NCBI GenBank assembly: GCA_000165425.1
Contig: CT868563.1
Location: forward strand, 310,001 to 374,000
Reading direction: 5' to 3'
DNA: 64,000 nucleotides
DNA from: Paramecium tetraurelia
Taxonomy: Eukaryota
Shown: piece by piece, positions 53,048-64,000 of the stretch
How positions within the stretch are numbered: the first letter of the stretch is position 1
Layout of the letters: each line of letters starts with the position of its first letter
Translations under genes and position numbers: made by a program
The notes under the pieces: generated by a model
Databases searched by the model: none
Seen by the model: only the letters and a program-made list of their open reading frames with translations
What the model was told of the DNA's origin: nothing

Positions 53048-54878
53048 ATGCTACCTAATTTAATTAAACCGGACATAAAACCAAGATCATTTTCCCTTAA
53101 TGTAGATTAATACTGGTTAAAGCATAAAGCAAAAAGGAATAATTCCCACTACTCTTATAAAATAGTAGAAAAACTTCATTCTTAACCTACATCTAATGGG
53201 AATATAAATTTAGTTCCATAAAAGGAAATATCAGGGTCGTTAATAATTATTATAGCGAATGTCGAAGCCTTTTTAAAAGAAATAGCATCAAATCATAAAT
53301 ATTAATAGTTCTTAAAGTTCAAGGATTTTCTAAATGATAAATAGGTTACTTAATTTTTTCATTACATATCGAATTTTCTGATAAATTTGTAGTGCTCTAT
53401 TTTTGAACATCACTATTGTACTTTCTCACAAAATAATAAGGCTATTGATATTGTAACAGCGGACAGTAAAACAGTTTATGAAGTTATTACAGAGTTTTTA
53501 CATCGTCATCAAAAAAACCATGAAAACATATATATTTATGGGGGAGATTTTCAATTGATACATAAGTCAGAGTTTCGATAAATTATTTATATTTCTGGAA
53601 CAAGGATTGAAAAATAAATTAATAAAGATGTCAAAATGAATGATAAAATATTCCGATTTAAAACTTAAATATAATGTTAATTAAACGATACTAATTCAGA
53701 CGATGTTCTAATAGATCATAGAGTCTATCAAATTGGTATGCATAAGAAGAACAAAGAGATTAAATAGTATTTACAATAATAAAATAATGAGAAAAGAGAA
53801 TTTGTTACAAAATAAGGTATGAATTTACTTAATATGAAGGGAAATCAAAAGAATTACAAATAAAGAAGATTAGTAGTAGTTAAAAAGAGAAAAAAATAGA
53901 TTTGGCTTAAGAATTGCCATAAATTTGTGATTAAATTTATGAAAAGTTTAAAAGGCTATTTCACATAGAATATATTATTGTAGATAGAGATGTTTTCTCT
54001 TAATTTTTATTGCTTTGTGAGCTCAGTATCTACTATTCCAAAAATTTAACTCTATAATAATAAATTTCTAGATTGAATGACGACAATGAGAAATTCAGAT
54101 TACTTATAAACAATGTGCTTTATTTTGAATTCAAGATTCTAAAGAGTATGAATCTAAACTTATAGAAATTGCAAAATAGTGTAACACAAACTTTATTGAA
54201 ATTTATTAACCAAGATACAAAATGTTCAGATGCTTTAAACAAAATATACTGGAATGCATTTTTGAGATTCAAGACATTTTATATAGACTAAAAATGGACG
54301 AGCAGCGATTTTCGTTACTTTTTACTTCTACTTAACGAAGAATCTCCATTAACCTTATAGATATACTTGTAACTACCTCTAAGAGAATTATCCAAGACAA
54401 TTTTCTCACTCAATGAAGACCTACTTTAATAAATAGTATGGCAAATTTTATATACTAAATAATGATAATTATAAATTCAAGTTAATTTTTACTACGCATT
54501 AAAATAATCATTAATAGCTTTCGTTTTATTATTTCAAATCTAACAATTAAATTATTCCGAATGATTTCTTCATCTCCTGGATTCAAATTAACAGCGATGA
54601 CTCCTTTGAGTGTTCATCACAAAATAGAAATTATTGAAGACGAACCTTATGATTTAGAATTGGATCACTCTAAAATATCCTTTAATGAAAATATCGTCGT
54701 GTGTACATACAAACCAAGTTAGAGTGTTACAATGATTAAAAAGACAATTTTAAAGTTGAAAGGATAACCTAATACAGACTGGATAAATCCATGCCTTGGA
54801 ACTGAAGAAATGAAGAGATAAATTTCTATATTGAGAGACTCCTAATCTTCAACCAGAATCTCTTCATTTTTCTTTTGA
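53048..54878 (+). CDS. Hypothetical protein
   Basis: MLPNLIKPDIKPRSFS... long code-6 frame, probably with tiny introns, ending RISSFFF*. Confidence 0.65.
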
Positions 54879-55821
54879 ACTTCTTTATATATATTATCTA
54901 TAAATTACTAAAAACACATTAGAAACAGAAACATAAATAGCGAACTCTATTATCTGGTTTAAGATAATTCTTACGCGTATAATTATTGAATAATCATCGT
55001 AAAACTACAAATAGTTTATTCGTTCCAATTAAATCAATTAACGCAATTGGTTATTGGAAGCAATTAGTGACTACAACACTTATATTCTATTTTCTAGTGA
55101 ATCATATCATTTATTCTACTAGTTATTCTACTCCCTTTCCAATTTCTCTCTAAATTCTTTTTTGTAGTAAGTAAACCTACTTATGATTTATTCAGAATAT
55201 TAAAACTTTTAAAGTATCGAGAATTATTGAAATTGTTCTAAGAGCATAAAGATTTTAATCAACTAATTGTTATTTTTTATTTACTGTAATACTTTTTCTA
55301 ACCAGATTAAACAAATGTATTTAATAAACAATATTAGAAGAACTAATAATAATAACTAATTAAATTTTGGATTTTAATATTTTAATATTTTCATTAAATA
55401 TTTAAAATTATTCATTTCGTTAATTATAACTAAGTATATCCTTCAGAAAATGAATACTGCTTAAACTTATTATCATAAACACAAAAGAATTTCACAGATT
55501 ATCCACCTAGTTTTATATTTTCTAACATAATATTATGAAGAATCAATGAATATTTGTTATATTAGATCATAAGAACAATTTAAAGAGTATACTAAATTCG
55601 CATTAACTTTCTTCATTTAGAATTTGATCTTTACGTAAAGCATTAATAATTTAATTTTTATATAACTAATTGAGGTATGCATATTTTTTAATTGATTCAT
55701 AAATAAATATTCTTTATCAAAATTTTAAGTAGCATGTTATGAGGACTAAATTTTGTAAATTAGTTGATAATAAGCTGAGATAGGTTGAAGATGCTTTTTA
55801 ATAAATTTAACAATTTTTATA

Positions 55822-56220
55822 TCAATATCTCATTTGCATTCCGGGGGGCATCATATTATAATTCATAGGTTAATAGGCACCTTGAGGAGGGAGGATCAAC
55901 GTAGGTTAGGGCATGTATTAGGTCCTTGTGCCACTCAATCCTAAACTATCAATAGTTTCTACAAACGCAGGAGTTAGGAGACCTTAAAAGACTGAAGAGT
56001 GTGTAATGAGTAATCTTTTGATAGTGTCCTTAGAGATGAAGGTTGGGATGATATTTTTCTAAAAGGATGCTTTCAATTAATCTACTAAATCACTCATTAC
56101 AGCTCTATAATAGTCTTCTCTAGCACTGATATGCTTTTTTCCGAGGGAGTGTTGTTTTCTTCCACTTGGAGATGAGTGAGTTAGATAAATTCCACAATAT
56201 TCACAATAAAACTTAGGCAT
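55822..56220 (-). CDS. SNRPC: U1 snRNP protein C
   Basis: [31 protein letters not shown]1-type zinc finger and Pro/Met-rich tail. Intronless, 132 aa. Confidence 0.93.
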
Positions 56221-56303
56221 ATTTAAAATAAATAATAAAAAATATATTTATTGTGTAGTGTATTAAAAAATAGTTATTAAAAGTAATTAATAATATATAA
56301 CTT

Positions 56304-57069
56304 ATGCAAGGTGCAAGGTTTGTGGAGACAAATTTGGTATAGAAAATGTTGAGAAATCAGAACTATGATTTCCACAAAAAGAAGTTAGATGAAATCTAGA
56401 CGGAGTAATGATATTCTTGTATGGCTAATAGCAAAAAGGGAAGATTTGCATTTAAGGATCTGCCCGTCCTGAGTAAAACGCAACAGATCAAGGCATAATC
56501 TTCTAGGTTTTAGAAATCGGAATAAAGAAAAAGAATTGATGAATAGAATTAATATCTGAGTTCTCATATAATTGAAATATAGGAGGGTAAGAACTCTTAA
56601 TTCAGATCGATATGGACAGTGTAGAACTTAAGAGAGAAAGCATATGTAAAGGATTTCAAGAGACTTTTTAGGCTGACACTTCTCAATGGTGTGAGAATGC
56701 CTTGGGTAAAAGACTTCATTCCCCTTTGAGGAGGAAACAGTAGCAGAAGATTGATGAAGAAAACCAGGAACTACAGAAAAGACTTGAATTAACCAAACAA
56801 ATCTTATTAGAAAAGTAACAGGAACAAATCTCTAAATACGAAAAGCTTCGTGATCACATGACTCGTGTATAAAAGACTTATAAAGCTAGATAAAATCTAA
56901 GGGACCTAATTCTCCCATGATGAATACTCACTTTCCATCAGTAAAGAGCAAAAGCACTACTCATTTGATAAACAAGCCATTCTAATCTGATTCACTGATA
57001 CAAAATAGCAAAATGAATGACTTGTTAAAGTCAGAAATCAATATCAGCAAAATATCCAAAATAGAATGA
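56304..57069 (+). CDS. CFAP97/Hemingway-domain-like protein
   Basis: FHKKKLDEI, KRIDEQNQYL, RRKQQQKIDEENQELQKRL pattern typical of the Hemingway/CFAP97 family. Confidence 0.6.
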
Positions 57070-57131
57070 ATTATATATCTATCCAATTATTAATATAATT
57101 TATTTACATATATCTTAGAGCATAACAAACA

Positions 57132-60100
57132 ATGAGTGGATTCACACATTATAAGATAGAAACTACAGAATAGAGAGGAGATGGGTATCCTTCGTAGAGA
57201 AGTATATAATAATACGGGAACACATAAATCAAGTGAATAATTATAATATTTCCTAGGAATGAGGAGTACCGAATTTAAGTTACTTCTCCAGTCACAGAAC
57301 AAATTGTGATAACCGATTAGTCCTCTTTTTAGAAAATAATTGAAGCAAAAGAAAGAGGTAAATGTATTCGTTATATTAAAGAAATAACAAATCTGAGGGA
57401 AAGTGTAAAATCGTTAAACAATCAAATATAAGACTAATTGAAGGAGTTGGAAATCTGGAAGAATAAATGCAGACAACTGCAATCTGATAAAGGGTTCAGT
57501 CGAATAACCACAACTGGTTAATAATCAAACGATTGGGAATTACTATAATTAAAAGAAGAAGTCAATAAATTAAGGTCGGAGAATAACGAATACAAATTTA
57601 AACTAGAGAGGAATGTTAGTGTGGTCTCAAATGATTATGAAGTGAATCAATTGAAACTGTAAATCAAATCTTTGGAAGAACAACTCAGATCCAAATCATC
57701 TGTTACTTAATACACATCATTCAATAATAATTCTCAAGAAGTCAATCAATTGAAGGATCAAATTAGAGTACTTACCTAAGAAAACGAAGACCTGATAAAG
57801 GCTAAGAACTTGCTCAATCAATAATTTCAGCAATCCTAAATCTAATGGCAACAAAGTGCTTTTAGAAGTACTTAAAATCAGGATTCCGAATAATCAAGAG
57901 CACTCTAAAATGAGAGGGATGATTTAAGAAGAAAAGTGAAGGTCTAAGAAGAAAGAATTGCCGAATTGTAATAAGAAGTTTAAAGGTTAAACTTTAATTG
58001 TGATTCTTACATTTAAGAAATACAGCAATCCTAATTTAGACTAAGTTCAAAGAATTAAAATTAAGAGATTGAGGGCTATTTGAAAAGGATATCAGCCTTA
58101 TAACATGAAGTCTTGGTGTGGCAAGATCGTTACAAAGCCAAAGAAGTCTAGGAACTATCACATGCTCAAGAGTAGAAGGTAGCATAAAAGGACAATCAGA
58201 TTCAGTTTTTATAAGAGAGAATAAAATAATATGAAGGCTAAATGGACTAATTGAGATTTGAAATTGACAAATAGAGAAAGGAATTCGATGGATAAAGAGC
58301 AACCTATGACAGTAGAAGAACAGATTAAGGAGAAGTGGAGAGTTTGAGAAGAAAGATTGCAGAAATGGAATCAGATATTTAGATTTTGATTGCTGATCTT
58401 CAAGAAAGAGATTAAAGAATAAGCATAACATAGAATGAATATGAGGAGGAAATTAGGATCTTGAAGAATTAAGGTTAAGTATAATACTAGACTGAAATCA
58501 ATAAATTAAAAGAAGAAAGAGAAAAGTACAGACTAGACTATGAAAGATTGTCGAATGACTATACAAATATTTAGAGACAAAGCGAATAATATAAGAGCAA
58601 TTCTTATGAAGTGGATTCATTAAAGTAGAGAATCATCGAGTTAGAATCGCAATTGAGAAATGCTTCAAATCAATATCAATCTCTACAAGGTTAATACTCT
58701 TAATTGTAAATTTAATACTAAAGCTCACAATAATCATAGTAATCTTAATTTTAATTAATAAGCATTCGAGAGGATTATTAAAAATTGTAATCCCAATTCA
58801 GTTAACTGTAATAAGAGAACATGTCATTGAAATAATAGAAATAATAAATAGAAAGCAATTCCTATTAATATAAGAATATTCAAAGCGATTATTAAGCTCT
58901 TCAAGACAGATACAATCAATCACTGAATGAAATCTAATAACTAAATGAGTAAATAAGGAAATATAGAAATGATTACGATTCATTGAATCAAAATTACATT
59001 CAATATTAAAGGGATAGTGAAATCAAGTTTACTCAAACAAGTAATAAGGAACTAGACATTATGAAATCTCGAATTTCGTAGTATGAGCAATAGATTTAAC
59101 AATTAAGAAGTTAATTGTCTAACTAAGAAAGCTAATTGGAATAGTAATTTAAGGAGAGATTGAGAGTTGAAATGTATTAAATTGAACAGAAAGCAAGTAG
59201 TCAAAGTAATATGGAATTGCAATCATTATAAAATAAGTATAATTAATTGAAGACTTAATATGATTAATTGTAATTTAGATATCAGGAATAAAGTAATCAA
59301 ATATTGGTGGTTAAGGAGAAGAGCACAAGGGAAAGTTAATTTGAAATTTAGAGTCTAAGAGATCAACTATAATAGTATAAATAGTCGAATATGCAATTGA
59401 ATTAGGATATTTCGATTTTGAAAGAATAAATTACAAAGTATAGAATGGATGTGGAATAGTCGAATCAAAAGTATATTTTGATTTAGAGGGAAAGTGAAAT
59501 GAACAAATAAAACATTGGAGAAGTTGAAAAGTTGATGGCTAGAATAAGAGAATTGGATTTTGAGTGTCAGTAGAAGAATCAGTAAATAAGTAAATTGTAG
59601 ATGGATATGAGAAATTAAGAAATCGGGATAAGAAATGAATTGGAATAATAGTTTATTTCTAGATTGATGATTGAGAGACAAAATTTGGAGAGCAAATTGT
59701 CAACTTAAAGTTCAGCTGAGACTCAAAATTTATAATATCAATTGAAATCATTGCAGTAGGAATTGAGTTAATATAAATAAAGATACTCACAATTGGAGCA
59801 ATAATTTAATTAATCTAAAATAGAGATTACTTAATTTAGATCTCAGTAGTCGAATGTGAATTTGGAGTAAGTTAAGCAATTGCAATTGAGGATAACTGAG
59901 TTAGAACATGAGAACCAGACTCTGAATGTAGAAATTGAGAGACAGAGGAACATCAGAAAGGAGCAAGAGAATAAAATTTAAGTGTTGATTACCAACATAA
60001 CCAATTATGAATCAAAATTACATATTTTGGAATAAGAGAATGCCAGATTAGAAGCCAAGACTAAAAAATAAATAGTAATCGAGAAGCCCGTTGATTAGTA

Positions 60101-60468
60101 CATTGTAAATCAACTGTTGGGATAACCAAGTTCTTAAATTAAGACTAATATCATTACCACTACTACTACAAATGTCTAAAATGTTTAAGGCAGTGGTATA
60201 GTAACTAGACAATCTGGGATGAATCAGATAAGTTAGGTTCCATCGACTTATAACTAGTATTATGATTAGCATAGATTGCAATCGCAGAATGAAACAAAGC
60301 AATCTCAATTTTCTTAGAGAATGTAAAGTCCACAACCTTAGGTTTCAAATTATTTGAGTCCAGACAAGAAGTAAAGTTTGTTTTATATAATTTATTAGTT
60401 TTTAAACTCAAAAGATTACGACTACAAAGAGTGTTAAATAAGCAATTATGTCATCAGCGAATTAATGA
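57132..60468 (+). CDS. Large coiled-coil protein (~1000 aa), cytoskeletal-type
   Basis: Continuous Q/E/K/L heptad-like frame (EVNQLKLQIKSLEEQLR, EVNQLKDQIRVLTQENEDL). Few tiny introns. Confidence 0.8.
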
Positions 60469-60512
60469 ATGATGAATTTATAAAATCATATTTATTTTTA
60501 ATAAAATGATTT

Positions 60513-60980
60513 TCATTGACTTAATGGTTCACTAAATTTATGCTTTAATAGGAAGTTAGAGTTGTATTTGTGCAGTGTAAAGAAAGAGTAAAATGAGTCG
60601 GTGGTTGATTGAGTTTTAGTCTTCTGTCCTTGAGATCTATTAGTGTTCGGAGGATCAATATGAAGGTATGCACAAATCTTCTAATTTGTGGGAATCTTTA
60701 ATGAAGGCTTAACTAACTACTTATTTTTTATTTCTCTATTTGATTAATAACATGGTTTATTGAGCAATTTCCCAAGAGAATTTCTCTCTTTGAAATAAGG
60801 AGCAAAAACTTCTTCATTCCTTATTAAACTATTGATTGGATGTGAGGGCTGGTTGAGACTGTCTTAAATAACAGTCCTTCTGAATAGTTTGTTGTATTGA
60901 TTGTGTGGTTTCTTGAGAAGGTGGGATTTACGATAGTAGATAGTTTCATTCTTCAATAAATCATTAATTTGTGAACTCAT
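60513..60980 (-). CDS. Hypothetical 155-aa basic protein
   Basis: Intronless code-6 ORF MSSQINDLLKNETIYYRKSHLL...EPLSQ*. Confidence 0.6.
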
Positions 60981-60995
60981 TATATTATATTAATA

Positions 60996-61872
60996 TCAAG
61001 CATTCTTTTTATTTTAAGTGCCTGTATTTCCCAATTTGATAGAAGATCCAATAAATTGAGCAGCTTCTTCAGTTTGCTTTAATCCATTCACCAATTTGTG
61101 TTTACGAGGATTATATGGTTCCACAGGTTTAACATCTTCTGAAGGCTTTCTCATTTAAGTAGTTAAAGGTTTTCCGTCGATGCGGACTCCAGTTCCTGTG
61201 AAGACTGTTTATTATTTTTAAGCCTAAAGCTCTTCTTGTTAGACCAAAGAACTAGACTTCTTAACTAAATTGGGTGGAGCATCGTTGAAGTCCTATTCAA
61301 ACTCTAAAATATAATACTAATGGTTTCATGAAATCAATTTCAACGTCTGCTTCATTAATGCAAACAGCCTTAAGATTGTTGGTAGGTTCAACCTTCACAA
61401 TGTCTATTAAGTAATTGGTGTTATGGAAATTTATAGAAATAGTTTCTCCTTCTGTCAGGCAGATGAAATTTCTTAGATGATTCTCTAAAATAGCTCTTGG
61501 ATCAGGTAAATCAATAAAAGCAGTTTCATGAGGCTAAATTCTAATTAACTTTCCTTAATCTAATTTTTTTTCATGAGAAATAATAATATTGCACCCGTCA
61601 AAAAACCCCATGCTCTCCAACATCCAATCTGGTACTACGCATGTACCTTCTTCTGCTGTGAATTCCAGAACACCTACATAAGTATATTTTTTATCATCCA
61701 AAGTAGATTAGAGTCTAAAAATCATTGGGCCTTGTTATTTCAAATGTAGCACTTATTATAATGCAGATGCAGGAAGCAGAATCTTATTTCCTTGATTAAG
61801 ATTTTTTTTTTGGAAAGTGGAGGCAGAATAGACTTCTAACATATTTTGATAACCTCTAAAATTTCGATTCAT
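60996..61872 (-). CDS. UFD1: Ubiquitin fusion degradation protein 1
   Basis: GNKILLPASAL, PMIFRL, YVGVLEFTAEEG, FIDLPDPRAILENHLRNFICLT, and SHP boxes FTGTGVRIDGK and FIGSSIKLG. Confidence 0.95.
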
Positions 61873-62029
61873 TTTTTATAATTAATTATAATAAATAAAT
61901 ATCTTGATTCTTAAAGGGGTGAGAATTCGAAAGTATCAGTAGTTAATAATCATTCACATCATTTAACCCAGTGTTAAGAGAAAAGTCATATTCCTAGATT
62001 TATTTAATATTAATATCATAAAAACAAAT

Positions 62030-62924
62030 TCAATATTGCTTAGATAATAATTATTACTAAAGAGCATAGTGTTTAATATTTAATTGATTATCTCTCTCCT
62101 GCAATTTATTTTAGTAATGGCCTCTAAGATCATCAGGCACGATGTCTTCCACTCCTTTACGATTCTCACCTTTAAAATATAATTCGCATCCAATACCTGT
62201 TAATAGATTGTAACCACAATTAGCTCTATTATCTAAGTTTTATGCTCTTACTAGCTATCTAACCTAAGTCATCTCATCTTGTCGTTTTAAGGCTTATCCC
62301 TACTCATTTTAAGCATACTCTAATGTCAAAGGGTTGTATGCTAATCCATTTAAATTTCTTTTGCCTTATGTAAATTACTCCTAATGGTATTGTCTTTTTA
62401 AATCATCCTGCTATTACTGATAATATATACTTTTTATTGATAAAGCTCATTTCTCTACCAAATCATGCCTTCTCTCTCTAAATTAGCCAATCTTCGCGAT
62501 TCATATTATAACTGTTTTTATTTATTTTAATATTCCCTTTGCAATTTGTCGTGAGTAGCAAAATCCTTTAAAAATCGTTCTTATTCTACAAGATGAACTT
62601 GAAAATTACCCTATTAAAATAATGTAGTATTTGGAGCTGGACTATGTAATAGTGCTTTCATGTCTTCTTTTTATGGTGTGTCAAATTCTTCAAACTTTAA
62701 ATAAGAGTTTACATCTTGATTGCATTATAGCTTATTATGAATTGACTTCCTTTAAATAGTCCTAAATCATTAACAACATCAATTACTCTTTCTGCCCTAG
62801 TTCTTGGTTATTGGTTATGATAGGCTTGCTGATTCTGAGGTTTGAATATTCCAGCCCCATAACTCTAAGAAGTAGGTTAGTAAATATCTCTAGGGTTGTA
62901 ATCCTATTGTTAAGAGAAGAGCAT
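62030..62924 (-). CDS. Hypothetical protein with YN-x-LT motifs (possible ciliary microtubule-binding protein)
   Basis: MLFSQQQDYNPRDIY..., YNPLTLEY, CGYNLLTGENR. Tiny introns. Confidence 0.6.
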
Positions 62925-63001
62925 AAGTTATTAAAATTAATATATAAAGTATTCATTTTTAATTAATCATCACAAAAATAAATTGTAAATATAAAATATT
63001 A

Positions 63002-64000
63002 TCATTTCATATTAGGTTGATATGAAAAGGGTCTAACTATTTTATTACTATGGGTTAACATAGAGTGAACTATTTGTTTTTCTTAATTGAGTATGTTTCT
63101 TCTAATATTTGATGTTAATTTATTACTAATAAGTTCTATTATTTATGATTTATGAAGGATCATTCTTTATCAAATTAGGATCCATGTATGAGTAATAAAC
63201 ATAATACTCATTCTAAGATAGAGGTAAACTAAAATATTTCACACATAGTCTTATTATATAATTAAAGTTGCATCAAATAAGTATACTTTGTTGAGTATTA
63301 ATCTTATCTTGAATATCACCTATTAATATAAATTGCCTCATTTATCATTTAGAAATCCAATTCAAATAAGTCTAAAAATTGGCTAATTGAGGCTTCCAAT
63401 CAATTTCTTAATTTCATTGTCTCATAATTTCGACTATGATTTGCTTCTAGATTGAAGTATTAAATAGAGAAGTGATTTAGCCAATACAATATTTATAATA
63501 TTAATAAGTGCCATTAAAATTTGAATAAAAAATAATAAACCCTCGAAATTTAACCTCAAATTTTAATCAATGTATTTATATAAGCATATCTCGAAAACAC
63601 AACAAACAGCTTTCTATACCATACAAATTACGAATGGTGAATTTACATTGACCTCCATGCCTTTAAGATATTTAGATTCACCATGAGATTATCATTAAGG
63701 ATAGAAGAGACGAAGAAGTCTAAAATTGAACTATATTTTCTTAATATATTTGTTGTCTCCAACGCAAACACCTTTAACCCTTCTGGTCTTTTCATACTAG
63801 ATATTGCTTTATAACATGCGATATGATTTAAATGCCCTGAAATACCTTTGTTATCAAAAGTTATCACTCCCTTAATATTATTTTCTGCAATATATCTAAA
63901 TTATAAGCCATCTATTCTTACTCTTCTACTATTTTTTATATTTTTTCTATTGGCCACATAACACTCATTGAGTCTTATAATTGTTCATCATTTATTATGG
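63002..64000 (-). CDS. 3' part of a gene starting beyond the right edge; product unknown
   Basis: Code-6 frame including track ORF 63643-63867 and ending VRPFSYQPNMK* (TGA 63002-63004). Confidence 0.65.

Noticed and set aside
58036..60411. Several long hydrophobic minus-strand track ORFs
   Set aside because: They are antisense shadows of the Q/E/K-rich coiled-coil gene on the plus strand.
61900..62000. GGGGTGAGAATTCGAAAG and TGATG/CTGA-like words suggesting a tRNA or C/D snoRNA
   Set aside because: No cloverleaf could be built. The box C match is imperfect and the C-D spacing is too short.
1..64000. IESs, transposons, CRISPR arrays or prokaryotic systems
   Set aside because: Recognised genes read through with only GT-AG introns and no TA-bounded insertions, consistent with macronuclear DNA. 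I saw no transposase motifs or repeat-spacer arrays.

Overview
AT-rich, gene-dense eukaryotic DNA from a ciliate, most likely a Paramecium macronuclear chromosome. TAA/TAG are read as Gln, TGA is the only stop, introns are about 20-30 nt GT...AG, and intergenic spacers are often 15-90 bp. The supplied standard-code ORF track therefore fragments real genes, so I re-translated by eye with code 6; coordinates are manual and internal exon boundaries are approximate. About 35 genes are present: an inner-arm-type dynein heavy chain (truncated at the left edge), CFAP276-like and CFAP97-like ciliary proteins, ankyrin proteins, two pseudokinases and one intact kinase, a small PHD-finger protein, ciliate COX6B, a Pumilio protein, a Rab GTPase, an LRR protein, a TBC RabGAP, MON1, ARP3, a class I-like PI3K, a Piwi with an intact DEDH tetrad, a DnaJ protein, an INTS7-like protein, U1-C and UFD1. 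There is also a multiply frameshifted START-domain pseudogene. The most unusual structure is the divergent PI3K/Piwi spacer. It is C-rich, carries a perfect 15-bp direct repeat flanking a G-quadruplex-like motif, sits at the peak of a local GC-rich domain, and ends a run of phagosome/trafficking genes. I recognised no tRNA, rRNA, telomeric repeat, IES, transposon or CRISPR array.
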